This document shows positions 9,994 to 18,840 of a DNA stretch of 64,000 bases, piece by piece. Numbering within the stretch: position 1 is the stretch's first letter; each line of letters opens with the position of its first letter. The notes under the pieces are model-generated. The model saw nothing but the letters and a program-made list of their open reading frames with translations, had not been told where the DNA came from and made no database searches. The position numbers and the translations under genes were made by a program. Source of the DNA: Candidatus Falkowbacteria bacterium RIFOXYC2_FULL_36_12 (lineage in GTDB: Bacteria; Patescibacteriota; Patescibacteriia; UBA11705); assembly GCA_001778235.1 (NCBI GenBank), contig MFGJ01000007.1, positions 77,085-141,084 of the forward strand, in the 5' to 3' direction.

Positions 9994-10344
9994 TTATCTC
10001 TGTGCAAAAACTGTACTTGAATCAAGATAATAAATTGATGTATTTTCAACAAAATTTTCCTGACCTACTCTCTCGGAAATATTCTGCATAGATTGTAATT
10101 GATACATCTGCAGTTCCAATTTGTGATTGGTGTCAGTCAATTCTGCGACTTGTTTCTCAAGATCGCGAATTTCATAGCCTTTTGTTGAAAGATTGTTGAC
10201 TGAAAATAAATAGAAACCAATGGAGACAACGCTAACAACAATCAGTAAAAAACTCAAAATTTTTCTATTGTTAAATAAATTCTTCTTTTTTGCCACCTTG
10301 CTTTTGCGAGTGCTTTTGTTATTGCTTGTACAATATTTAGTCAT
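9994..10344 (-). CDS. ftsL: FtsL-like septum formation protein
   Basis: Basic N-terminus, a single TM helix, then a coiled coil. Positioned downstream of mraZ-rsmH as in dcw clusters. Confidence 0.5.
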   Translation of the reverse strand: MTKYCTSNNKSTRKSKVAKKKNLFNNRKILSFLLIVVSVVSIGFYLFSVNNLSTKGYEIRDLEKQVAELTDTNHKLELQMYQLQSMQNISERVGQENFVENTSIYYLDSSTVFAQR

Positions 10345-10503
10345 TTTGGTTGAACAAACCTTGCTCCAAAAAATTGAAGACCGGTTTTATTTTTTATTTT
10401 TATTTTTGTTTTTTATAAGACAAAGCAAAATACTGATACTGAATTTACTGAACTGAAAATTATCTACTTTTCCAGCTTGGTATAATTGCTGACAAATTGA
10501 CAG

Positions 10504-10650
10504 CTACCTTTCCTCTTTTTTTATAGTGAAGGCTTTACGATCGTGAAACTCGGCTTTTTTACCCTTGTTCCAACGACCAACTGGACTCAAATAACCAACC
10601 ACTCGACTATAAACTTCACATTTTTGTCTTTGTAATTGCTCTGAAGACAT
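10504..10650 (-). CDS. 48-aa peptide resembling the NrdD C-terminal glycyl-radical motif
   Basis: The translation MSSEQLQRQKCEVYSRVVGYLSPVGRWNKGKKAEFHDRKAFTIKKEER contains an RVxGYL…NKGK…E…R pattern like the class III ribonucleotide reductase (RNR) glycyl-radical tail. No SD. The ORF falls below the cutoff of the supplied ORF track. Confidence 0.3.
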   Translation of the reverse strand: MSSEQLQRQKCEVYSRVVGYLSPVGRWNKGKKAEFHDRKAFTIKKEER

Positions 10651-10743
10651 AGGTGTAGTGTTTATTTATTTATTTTTTTAGTTTATTGGTTTATTGTGAC
10701 AAGGGTAGAAGGATAACAGAGAGAATAAGGGGTGATTTTTTTA

Positions 10744-11679
10744 TTATATTTTCTCAATTACTCTAAGTTTGGCTGAACGAGCGCGGAAGTTTTCTGATAT
10801 TTCTCGGTCAGATGGTTTTATTGCTTTACGAGTAATCATTTTGAGAGAGGCCTTGTGATTACAGACACATTGTGGCAATTCTTTTGAGCAATGACAGTCA
10901 GTACTCTCGGCTTTGAAAAATTTTTTTACTATCCTATCTTCCAAAGAATGGAAAGTAATGACTACAAGTCTGCCACCAGGGCATAAGATATCAACGATAT
11001 CACGAAGTGCATTTTCAATATTTTCAAACTCGCTGTTAACTTCAATTCTTAAGGCTTGGAAAACTTGGGTAGCTGGATTGATGCGCTTTCGGGGATCTCG
11101 CTTTTTATTGGCGGTAATTAATTGGACTAATTGCAAGGTACTTTTTATTGGATTAATGGCTCTAGATTCTACTATGGCCTTGGCCAATCGGTGAGCCTGA
11201 TGCTCTTCACCATAATCTAAAAAAATTCGGCGAAGTTCTGATTCAGTATAATTATTAAGAATAAATTCAGCTGTAATCTTGGTACTGACAGAAAATCTCA
11301 TGTCTAATGGCTCATCTTGTTGGAAGGAGAAACCTCGGCCTGAATTTTGCAATTGATCCAGAGATAACCCCAAATCAAGGAGAACACCGTCAGCTGAATT
11401 AAATCCATTTTCATAAGCGTATTTTTTTACTTGACGATAATTATCATTTATTAAAATGATGCGATTTTTATATTGTTTCAAGGTATCTTTTGCTCGAATA
11501 ATTGCTTCCGTATCCCAATCGATTGCCAATAACTTGCCTATTGGTCCATTTTTTTGGAGGATGGCGATTGAATGTCCCCCAGCACCAAAGGTGCAATCAA
11601 TATAATTCTTGTTTGATTCAACTTTTAGACCGTTAATTACTTCTTCAAGCAAGACTGCTCGATGGACTGATAATGTCAT
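10744..11679 (-). CDS. rsmH: 16S rRNA (cytosine1402-N4)-methyltransferase RsmH/MraW
   Basis: Full-length match to the MraW architecture. SAM-binding motifs; AGGAG SD. Confidence 0.9.
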   Translation of the reverse strand: MTLSVHRAVLLEEVINGLKVESNKNYIDCTFGAGGHSIAILQKNGPIGKLLAIDWDTEAIIRAKDTLKQYKNRIILINDNYRQVKKYAYENGFNSADGVLLDLGLSLDQLQNSGRGFSFQQDEPLDMRFSVSTKITAEFILNNYTESELRRIFLDYGEEHQAHRLAKAIVESRAINPIKSTLQLVQLITANKKRDPRKRINPATQVFQALRIEVNSEFENIENALRDIVDILCPGGRLVVITFHSLEDRIVKKFFKAESTDCHCSKELPQCVCNHKASLKMITRKAIKPSDREISENFRARSAKLRVIEKI

Positions 11680-11682
11680 AAA

Positions 11683-12114
11683 TTAGACTCCTAACTCGCT
11701 AAGTTTTTCAGCGATCTGATTAGCATCCTTTTCTGTCGCCTGCTTATACTTTTCCCAGGTTTCCTCACTCCAGAGTTCAAGTCGGTTGAATAAGCCAGCA
11801 ATAACGACCTTTTTGCTGATACCAGCAAACTTCCTTAGATAATCAGGCAAAACAAATCTTCCCTGTTTGTCTAAAGAAATATCCATTGCTCCGGCTAACA
11901 TTAGACGGGCAAAGGCACGAGTATTGGCTTGACTCATTGGTAACTCTGCTAATTTGTGTGCCAATTTCTGCCATTCTTCTTTGGTATATAAAAATAATGA
12001 GTTGTCTAACCCTCTGGTAACAACAGCTCCTTTTTTTAACCTGGATTGAAACTTGATTGGCACTGACAATCGACCCTTCTGATCAATTGAATGCTTGTAT
12101 TCGCCAATAAACAT
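11683..12114 (-). CDS. mraZ: Transcriptional regulator MraZ
   Basis: MFIGEY…DQKGR N-terminus and the duplicated MraZ domain. The start is taken at MFIGEY. Confidence 0.85.
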   Translation of the reverse strand: MFIGEYKHSIDQKGRLSVPIKFQSRLKKGAVVTRGLDNSLFLYTKEEWQKLAHKLAELPMSQANTRAFARLMLAGAMDISLDKQGRFVLPDYLRKFAGISKKVVIAGLFNRLELWSEETWEKYKQATEKDANQIAEKLSELGV

Positions 12115-12234
12115 TTTGATAAGTGAGATCAGCGAGTTAAGCAAGGCAATCAAAGTAAGTTTGCCAAATTAACTGGACTGCTCGTTTTAGGTAAAAAAAG
12201 TGTGGGCAAATTATGAAAGTACAACTTTATAATT

Positions 12235-12250
12235 CCCCACATTTCTCCAC
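12235..12250 (-). promoter_or_regulatory. Putative MraZ operator (GTGGA-N5-GTGGG direct repeats)
   Basis: The minus strand reads GTGGAGAAATGTGGGG upstream of mraZ. The 10-nt-spaced GTGG repeats resemble MraZ boxes. Confidence 0.3.
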
Positions 12251-12481
12251 TTTCTTCCTAACAATTCCATTATACTGTTATTAAATTCCACCGTCAACCA
12301 CTTTATCCACAAGAAATTTTGCCTTGTTAAAGGTAAAAAACAACAACTAAAAAAATGTAACGAATCGTTTCTGCGATGAGTTTAGAGCAACAACATGACA
12401 ATCTCTCGCAAATCGACTTGGGTTTAAAATAAAAAGAATCCGAGTGCAAACTCGAACCTTAAACTATAATCTTTTAAATTT

Positions 12482-12772
12482 TTATCTCACTAACTCATAT
12501 TCATCGCCCAAGACTTGTTGCAGAGTGGTAATAATAAATTCATCATCGCGGTAATTTTCTTTTTCCGCATAATAAATCTCGAGCCGAGTACTTCGATATG
12601 AGATGTGCCAATTTTTGCCAAGTCGTACCTCCAGTTTATGGGCTAAGTCATGGGGTACTTGTTGCACCCCGTCCAATGAAAAAACATACTCGTCTTCATG
12701 ACCAGCAATGCCATATTCAATAAAAGCTCTTGTTTTTATTTGTTCGAAATTCATGGTTTTAGAATTATACAC
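12482..12772 (-). CDS. Hypothetical protein
   Basis: 96-aa ORF. TATAAT lies immediately upstream, so the transcript is possibly leaderless. Confidence 0.5.
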   Translation of the reverse strand: MYNSKTMNFEQIKTRAFIEYGIAGHEDEYVFSLDGVQQVPHDLAHKLEVRLGKNWHISYRSTRLEIYYAEKENYRDDEFIITTLQQVLGDEYELVR

Positions 12773-12949
12773 TGAAATAACCTGCCTTTCGGCAGACGGG
12801 ATTATTTGTCATATTAAGCTTGAAAGCTTCGCAGAGTACCCCCGGATCAAGTCCGGGGCATGCTTTAAGACAGGCTCTGTAAGCAGGTAAAGAAGAATTA
12901 TACCCTGAAATCCATCTTCGTTAAAACTTCGATGGACAAGCAAATTCAG

Positions 12950-13056
12950 GGTGACAAGTGTGAGGTGGTGACAAGTGTGAGGTGGTGACAAGTGCGAGGT
13001 GGTGACAAGTGCGAGGTGGTGACAAGTGATTGATGGTGACAAGTGGGGTTATTTTT
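12950..13056. repeat. Tandem array of about 6 copies of the 17-bp unit GGTGACAAGTGYGAGGT
   Basis: Directly visible. Copies are contiguous with no spacers. The array lies between tsaB and the downstream ORF. Confidence 0.9.
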
Positions 13057-13477
13057 TACTTTTGGTAATATTAGGTTTTTTGCCATATTCAGGAATAGCG
13101 ATCTGCTTGAACGAATTGTTGGTTGTCTTTTTGGAGACTTTCAGACCATCGGACCAAACCTTTTCCATTTTTTGTTTTTCCTCAAGTCCTAAATAGATTT
13201 TTTTTAATTTAATCCCATAAACCGGAATATCTAAACCATAAGCCAAAGCATTAGCAGTAGCACAACCAATACGCAAGGCTGAAAAATCACCAGGGCCAAT
13301 CACCACAAATATTTTTTCCAACCCTGACAAATCAGCTGAAATAATCTGTTTGATTTCTTTTAACAATAGCTCCGACTGCTTGAAAGCCTGATTAATGGTT
13401 TTCATTTTTGTAATATTCTCTTGTCCAATTGCAATAGAAAAACAAGAATTTGACTCTGTTGATATAAGTAAATTCAT
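13049..13477 (-). CDS. tsaB: tRNA t6A biosynthesis protein TsaB (short form)
   Basis: LISTESNSCFSIAIG … VVIGPGDFSALRIGCATANALAYGLDIPVYG matches the TsaB/YeaZ N-domain. Start taken at MNLL. Confidence 0.65.
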   Translation of the reverse strand: MNLLISTESNSCFSIAIGQENITKMKTINQAFKQSELLLKEIKQIISADLSGLEKIFVVIGPGDFSALRIGCATANALAYGLDIPVYGIKLKKIYLGLEEKQKMEKVWSDGLKVSKKTTNNSFKQIAIPEYGKKPNITKSKK

Positions 13478-13479
13478 AC

Positions 13480-14877
13480 CTAGTTTTGAATTATAACGGC
13501 TGTCCCTTCTGGAGTCCATTGGTATAGCCAATCTGCATTTGGTAGAGAAACATTAACACAACCATGACTCATCTTGTGGCCCCAATTGTTATGCCAGTAA
13601 GCACCGTGAATAGTAAATGGCCCCTTGAATGACATCACATCTGGAACATTGGGTAAATCATAATTATTTGGATTGTCTGGACCATAGAACCAGCTCATGC
13701 GTACAAGAGGGCGTTTTTTGAAAATGTAAAATTTACCGATTGGTGTGTCAAAACCGACCTTACCCGAAGAAATTAAAAAACTTTTTATTAATCTTCCCCT
13801 TTCATAGGCATACAATCTCTGTTCAGATATATCTACTTTTATAGCTTTCCCAGTAAGAGATAAAGTTGTATCAGCAGAAATAGTTTGAGGCAAAACAGCA
13901 ATCTCATTATTGTCAGACCCAAATTTTCCAAGCGCCACATTTATTCCACCACGGAAATTTTCTTCATAGGCAAAAAATTTGGGGTTTATTTTTACATTGC
14001 CATCAAGATCAAAAAATCTAACATGAGGGCCACCACTATATCCGGCAGCAGTTACAATCATGGGCTGTCCAGCTATCAAGTCCGCCTCAACATCAACTCC
14101 ACCACGGAAATGTTCAGCATAAGCAAGGAATTGTTTTAACTGCTCACCCTTATTATTAAAAACTTGAATTAATGGTGCACTACCAATTCCAGCGCCTAAG
14201 ATAATTTCATCAGCGCCATCATTGTTTAAATCAAAACTGGCAACTTTTTTTGGTTCAAAAGCCTTATCCGCTGGACTAGAAAATGATGGAAATATTTCTT
14301 GACCAGATGCACTGAAAAATTTTACTATATTTCTTCCATCTTGAAGCAAACTAATAATTATATCAGGCATGCCGTCAGAATTAACATCTCCAACATTTAC
14401 TTCCAGTCCGCCCCTAAAACCTTGATCATAGGCAAAAAAACCATTTGAGAATTTAGGATTACCAAAACCATCAAAAACTCGGACTTGTGGTCCTCCACCC
14501 TCTCCTGGTACAGTTACGATTTCATCTTTGCCATCGCCATCAAAATCCGCGGCCGCAAGATTAATCTTGCCTTCATAACCCACAGGATATGGTTGCCATT
14601 TATTTATCAAACTTCCATCGTATCGATAAAGTGCAACCTCTGGACGAGACTGATATCCGTAACTGACAATAATTTCATTAATATTATCCCCACCCAAATC
14701 TACGAGGGAAAAATCCATTACCCCCTGAAAACCATCTTGAACCAATTTCAGATCTTTGGTTGAGACTAGAGTGCTTGAGTTAAAAGCTCGGAAATCCAAG
14801 CCAGCTGCACTGACAGAAGAAACAGCCAGGAAAACTCCAACCGTTGCCACGAGCAATATAATTATATTCTTTTTCAT
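13480..14877 (-). CDS. Secreted FG-GAP repeat protein fused to L,D-transpeptidase (YkuD) domain
   Basis: Signal peptide, then repeated DxDxDGxxD(E)I FG-GAP/Ca-binding motifs. C-terminal HG…SHGCVN catalytic motif of L,D-transpeptidases. Confidence 0.75.
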   Translation of the reverse strand: MKKNIIILLVATVGVFLAVSSVSAAGLDFRAFNSSTLVSTKDLKLVQDGFQGVMDFSLVDLGGDNINEIIVSYGYQSRPEVALYRYDGSLINKWQPYPVGYEGKINLAAADFDGDGKDEIVTVPGEGGGPQVRVFDGFGNPKFSNGFFAYDQGFRGGLEVNVGDVNSDGMPDIIISLLQDGRNIVKFFSASGQEIFPSFSSPADKAFEPKKVASFDLNNDGADEIILGAGIGSAPLIQVFNNKGEQLKQFLAYAEHFRGGVDVEADLIAGQPMIVTAAGYSGGPHVRFFDLDGNVKINPKFFAYEENFRGGINVALGKFGSDNNEIAVLPQTISADTTLSLTGKAIKVDISEQRLYAYERGRLIKSFLISSGKVGFDTPIGKFYIFKKRPLVRMSWFYGPDNPNNYDLPNVPDVMSFKGPFTIHGAYWHNNWGHKMSHGCVNVSLPNADWLYQWTPEGTAVIIQN

Positions 14878-14962
14878 ATTTTTTCAAATTAATTATCTAT
14901 ATATATTCTAGCAAATTTATTATAAAATAAAAAATCTGCACCAGCAGAACTCAATCAATCAA

Positions 14963-15634
14963 TTACAATGAGTGAACCATTTCTAAATCATCAACTAAAA
15001 TTAGATTGTCCTCGTTCTCCAGTATCCCCAAAAGAAAACGATCTGCAATATCTCTGCGAAGCTTGTATTCTTTTAAATCCATTATTGTATATTTGATAGA
15101 CTTGCCAATCTCTCTTTCAAAATTTTTCACAGCTATCTGTATTTTTCTTTTTTCAAATGCACCGATAACTATCAAATCTGTTGGAGATTTTTCACTGCCA
15201 ATAAAACTGCCACTAAGAGCCAAATAGCTAATCCGACCAACACCCTTTATTCTTTCAGCGAATTTTTTCTCTACTATGATTTTACTCTTACCAAAAAGAG
15301 CATCCAATTCTTCACTGAATAAGCTGTTCTTGTTCAAGGTGTAATATTTTTTGGCATTGAACTTTTTAGCTTTTTTCTCCCCATATTCCTCTGAATTACT
15401 TTTTTGTTCAACGATAACATGGCCAGGCAAATCCTCCTCATCGATTTCTTGAATAAACCCAATATTAATCAAATTGGACAATTCCCTTCTTATTGAGTTT
15501 ATAAGTGAATCAGTTAACCTAGTAAGCTCACGGACGAAAAAAGCCTTGTCAGGATGTGACAGGAACAGCTTAAGTAATTTTACTCGCGTTTTTGAACCAA
15601 AAAGTTGTTCTAGCATAAATTTTTTATTCAGCAA
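14963..15634 (-). CDS. Hypothetical winged-HTH protein
   Basis: N-terminal HTH-like segment (FFVRELTRLTDSLINSIRRELSNL). The rest is uncharacterised. Confidence 0.45.
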   Translation of the reverse strand: MLNKKFMLEQLFGSKTRVKLLKLFLSHPDKAFFVRELTRLTDSLINSIRRELSNLINIGFIQEIDEEDLPGHVIVEQKSNSEEYGEKKAKKFNAKKYYTLNKNSLFSEELDALFGKSKIIVEKKFAERIKGVGRISYLALSGSFIGSEKSPTDLIVIGAFEKRKIQIAVKNFEREIGKSIKYTIMDLKEYKLRRDIADRFLLGILENEDNLILVDDLEMVHSL

Positions 15635-15708
15635 TTTCTATTTACTTCTTGCTATATCTATAGTATAATACAAACGAAAAAAATCCGTCAACTCTGCGAC
15701 CCAACTTT

Positions 15709-17838
15709 ATGCGCAATAACACTAATTTAATACTGTCCATAAAAGACCTACATTTAGATAAAGAAAAAGGTAAAAATACTTATTTATGCCAAAATTTTAA
15801 AATCTATCCTGAAGGAAAAGAGTTGCATGGCGGATATTTATTTGGAATAATTGAAATCACTGCGACTCCAAAAGACGAAGCTCAAAAAATTTATCAAATC
15901 ATAATAAACACCTTTCGCGAAAACTACTATAAACAAATTATTAGTTCACCTGAACCACAAAAGATAAACATTGAAACCATTTTTGAATTTGCCCTAAACC
16001 AAACAAATCAGAAAATTCTTGAGTTAATTGAAATCGGACAAATAAAGTTAATTATTGACAATCTGAATTACTTTATCGGAGCGATAAAAACATCAAGTGA
16101 AGCTTTGGCTGACATTATCTTTACCAATAAAGGCAGCATAAAAGCCTTTTTAATTTATAGAACCAAAAAAAATACAAACAAAATTATCGACATCCTGAAG
16201 TTTTCAAGTAATTCAAATAACCATGATAAGATAAAAATATTCTCATCGATTGCTGCTGGTGAACTAAAAAACCACAATACGCTAATAGTCTGTACTGAAA
16301 TTTTTAGCAATTACATATCGCCAGAAAAGATTTTAGATATTCTTTCAAAAAACGAGACAAATGAAGCAATTAATTATTTCAAAACCCAAATAAAACAAGT
16401 ACAAAGTAAAAACGACCTGTCATATAGCGCGCTATTTCTGCGACATGAATTAAATACTCTTACCTCCGACAGTCCATTATCACAAAAATCAATTAATGAA
16501 CTGATCCAAACATCTGAAACAACAGAAAAGCTATTGACTCCAGCCATGGCATTAAATATCAAAAAGCATTTTAATGCTATAAAAAATAAATTAAAATCTT
16601 CTAATAAATCAAAAACTCTAAAGGAAGCAAGAGTATCAAGCAAAGAAAAACAGGGACAAAGTGATCACAAATTACCAATCTGGCGCAATACTTACCTTTT
16701 CATCACAGGGCACAAGGGTTTATCACTTGCTAATATCAAATCTTCAATTATGAAAATGATGTCATCTCAAAAACCAAAAACAAAAATTCCGTACATCATT
16801 CTTGCGGTGATAGTTGTTTTAATTGTAGCCTTTACCTCCAGCATCTTCTGGTTTAGACACTCTGAAAAAGTAAAACAAGAACAAATTGTCTATACTCAAC
16901 AAATTGAAAATGTAAAAAATTTATTAAGTGATGCTGAAGCCAGTTATATATACAAGAACAACGCTCAAAGTATGGAAAAAATAAAGCAAGCACAAGGTGA
17001 ACTAGCTTTTCTACCACGATCTACTGAAAGTCAACAAATAAATTATGAGAATTTAGACCAGGCAGTTTCAGAGCTTTACAATAAAGTTCTTAACATAGAA
17101 AAAATCGTGGCTCAACAAATCGCAACCATACCGGCAGAACAAACATTGAATAAATTAGAATTATTCAATGATAGTTTATTACTAGCTGACACTTCAGAAC
17201 TTTTTATTGGTAAAATTGATAATTTTGAGGCAGTAAAATCAGCCTCAATAAGCTCACTCTCTCTCATAACAAATGATGAAACAAAAGCCCTAGTACTTGA
17301 TAATAATCAGAGCTTGTACTCTTTTTCTGGTTTGACTGTAGAGCCTTTGAATCAAAAGCTAGTAGCCAGCCCAACAGCAATGAAGTTATACAATGGTCGA
17401 CTATATGCTTTGCAAAAAAACAGCCAAACCATTACAAGATATACTTCAAATTTTACAGGAAATGAAGCTTGGATAAAAAACTTAGGTGAGGAAAATCTTA
17501 GCACGGCAGTATCAATATCAATTGATGGCAGTATCTATGTACTAAGCGAAAATGGTCATATTACGAAATTTTTTGCAGGGACAGTTGAAGCCTTCAATAA
17601 CCCAGTGATTGAACCGGAGATTAATAGCGCAGATAAAATAATCACATCTCCTGAAACCAACAACTTATTTATATTTGAAGCGGAAACAAAACGATTGCTA
17701 GTTATTAGCAAAACCGGAGATTTAACTCGGCAAATAGTTTTTGACTCAATGGAAAAAATCGATGACTTGGCAGTTGACAACACCGGAAAAAACGGTTTTC
17801 TAATATCAAACAATGCCTTGTATAAGTTCTCATTATAA
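15709..17838 (+). CDS. Large bitopic membrane protein, extracytoplasmic beta-propeller-like C-domain
   Basis: 709 aa. Cytoplasmic N-domain of about 350 aa, TM around residues 360-382, then a C-terminal region with repeated aromatic/Gly beta-strand motifs. Confidence 0.55.
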   Translation: MRNNTNLILSIKDLHLDKEKGKNTYLCQNFKIYPEGKELHGGYLFGIIEITATPKDEAQKIYQIIINTFRENYYKQIISSPEPQKINIETIFEFALNQTNQKILELIEIGQIKLIIDNLNYFIGAIKTSSEALADIIFTNKGSIKAFLIYRTKKNTNKIIDILKFSSNSNNHDKIKIFSSIAAGELKNHNTLIVCTEIFSNYISPEKILDILSKNETNEAINYFKTQIKQVQSKNDLSYSALFLRHELNTLTSDSPLSQKSINELIQTSETTEKLLTPAMALNIKKHFNAIKNKLKSSNKSKTLKEARVSSKEKQGQSDHKLPIWRNTYLFITGHKGLSLANIKSSIMKMMSSQKPKTKIPYIILAVIVVLIVAFTSSIFWFRHSEKVKQEQIVYTQQIENVKNLLSDAEASYIYKNNAQSMEKIKQAQGELAFLPRSTESQQINYENLDQAVSELYNKVLNIEKIVAQQIATIPAEQTLNKLELFNDSLLLADTSELFIGKIDNFEAVKSASISSLSLITNDETKALVLDNNQSLYSFSGLTVEPLNQKLVASPTAMKLYNGRLYALQKNSQTITRYTSNFTGNEAWIKNLGEENLSTAVSISIDGSIYVLSENGHITKFFAGTVEAFNNPVIEPEINSADKIITSPETNNLFIFEAETKRLLVISKTGDLTRQIVFDSMEKIDDLAVDNTGKNGFLISNNALYKFSL

Positions 17839-17873
17839 GTTTATTACTTTATTTATAAACAAAAAACTGGTAG

Positions 17874-18215
17874 TTACTTAACTACTAGTTTTGTAAATTT
17901 TTTCATGATTAGATTGCCCAATACAATCATCACAACCGCACTTGAAATGGTATAAATTGTGCCATTAAAAAGCCATAACAACCACACGAAAAAACCACAC
18001 AGGAAAAAATTAAACCCAAGGAAAAATTTATCAGATTTTTCAGTAATATAAATGCCAATAAGTACATAAACAATAATATAAAGCATACTTACACTGAAAA
18101 ACCATGAATTCATTGGGTCAAAAAGCTGATGAAAATCAATAACAACTGTGTCTAACCAGTTCATGATACACTCCTCGCTTGTTGGGGAAAAAGAACTAAT
18201 TGATAATAATAGCAT
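17874..18215 (-). CDS. Hypothetical membrane protein
   Basis: 113 aa with 3 TM helices. Confidence 0.45.
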   Translation of the reverse strand: MLLLSISSFSPTSEECIMNWLDTVVIDFHQLFDPMNSWFFSVSMLYIIVYVLIGIYITEKSDKFFLGFNFFLCGFFVWLLWLFNGTIYTISSAVVMIVLGNLIMKKFTKLVVK

Positions 18216-18240
18216 TTAGACTATCAGTTGTCAATATAGC

Positions 18241-18280
18241 AAAAAAACAAAAAACTCGCTATAACAGCGAGCTTTTTTAT
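18241..18280. terminator. Bidirectional intrinsic terminator downstream of rplL
   Basis: A-tract, CTCGCT-ataac-AGCGAG hairpin, T-tract. Confidence 0.6.
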
Positions 18281-18295
18281 AATGTTGAATAAGTA

Positions 18296-18733
18296 TTATT
18301 TCAAATTTACCTGACCACCAGCTTCAACAATCTTGTTTTTGATTTGTTCAGCTTCTTCTTTTTTAACAGCTTCTTTGATAATCTTTGGAGCGCCATCAAC
18401 CATATCTTTTGCTTCTTTCAAACCTAAACCTGTAACTTCTTTGACAATCTTGATGACGGCAATCTTGTTATCACCGCCTGAAACAAGCTCAATATTGAAT
18501 TCTGATTTTTCTTCGACAGCTTCGGCACCAGCAGCTGGACCGGCAACCATAGCCATGACTGGAGCAGCTGAACTTACACCAAATTTATCTTCAAGGATTT
18601 TTACTAATTCAGCTAAATCCATGACTGACATTTTTTCAATCTCTTCAACAAGAGATTTGAATTTTGCAGGTACTTCAACTGTTTTTTTGTCTTCAGCTGA
18701 TGTTTCCTCTACTGTTGTTTTTTCTTCTGACAT
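18296..18733 (-). CDS. rplL: 50S ribosomal protein L7/L12
   Basis: Canonical L7/L12 sequence (…[16 protein letters not shown]…). Confidence 0.95.
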   Translation of the reverse strand: MSEEKTTVEETSAEDKKTVEVPAKFKSLVEEIEKMSVMDLAELVKILEDKFGVSSAAPVMAMVAGPAAGAEAVEEKSEFNIELVSGGDNKIAVIKIVKEVTGLGLKEAKDMVDGAPKIIKEAVKKEEAEQIKNKIVEAGGQVNLK

Positions 18734-18840
18734 AATTTTATAAGCGAGATCAGTGAGAAAAGCGAGTAAAGCGAGTAAAGTTATGAATGCATGAACTGAA
18801 CTCGCTGTACTTGCTGTATTCTGAACTGGCTGTGTTTAAT

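Noticed and set aside
10345-10743. Looked for ftsI/murE continuation of the dcw cluster after ftsL
   Set aside because: The genes downstream of ftsL are a membrane protein and the repeat-flanked mini-ORF. The dcw cluster is fragmented here. The only PBP, at 160-2088, is 8 kb away.
12855-12885. Possible tRNA T-arm (CCCCGGA-tcaag-TCCGGGG, 7-nt loop)
   Set aside because: The loop does not fit the TTCRANY consensus, and no acceptor or anticodon arms can be built. It is treated as a plain hairpin.
12809-13042. 77-aa minus-strand ORF with repetitive CHHL(A/T)LVT sequence
   Set aside because: It is a pure artefact of translating the 17-bp tandem repeat array (17 x 3 gives a 51-nt protein periodicity).
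12950-13056. Possible CRISPR array
   Set aside because: The repeats are contiguous with no spacers, the unit is only 17 bp, and there are no cas genes. This is a minisatellite or binding-site array, not CRISPR.
18333-18743. 136-aa plus-strand ORF inside rplL, and similar antisense ORFs inside rplJ, rpoA, rpsK, mutS, alaS, lepA and glyQS
   Set aside because: All are antisense to highly conserved genes, have low-complexity composition and carry no expression signals.
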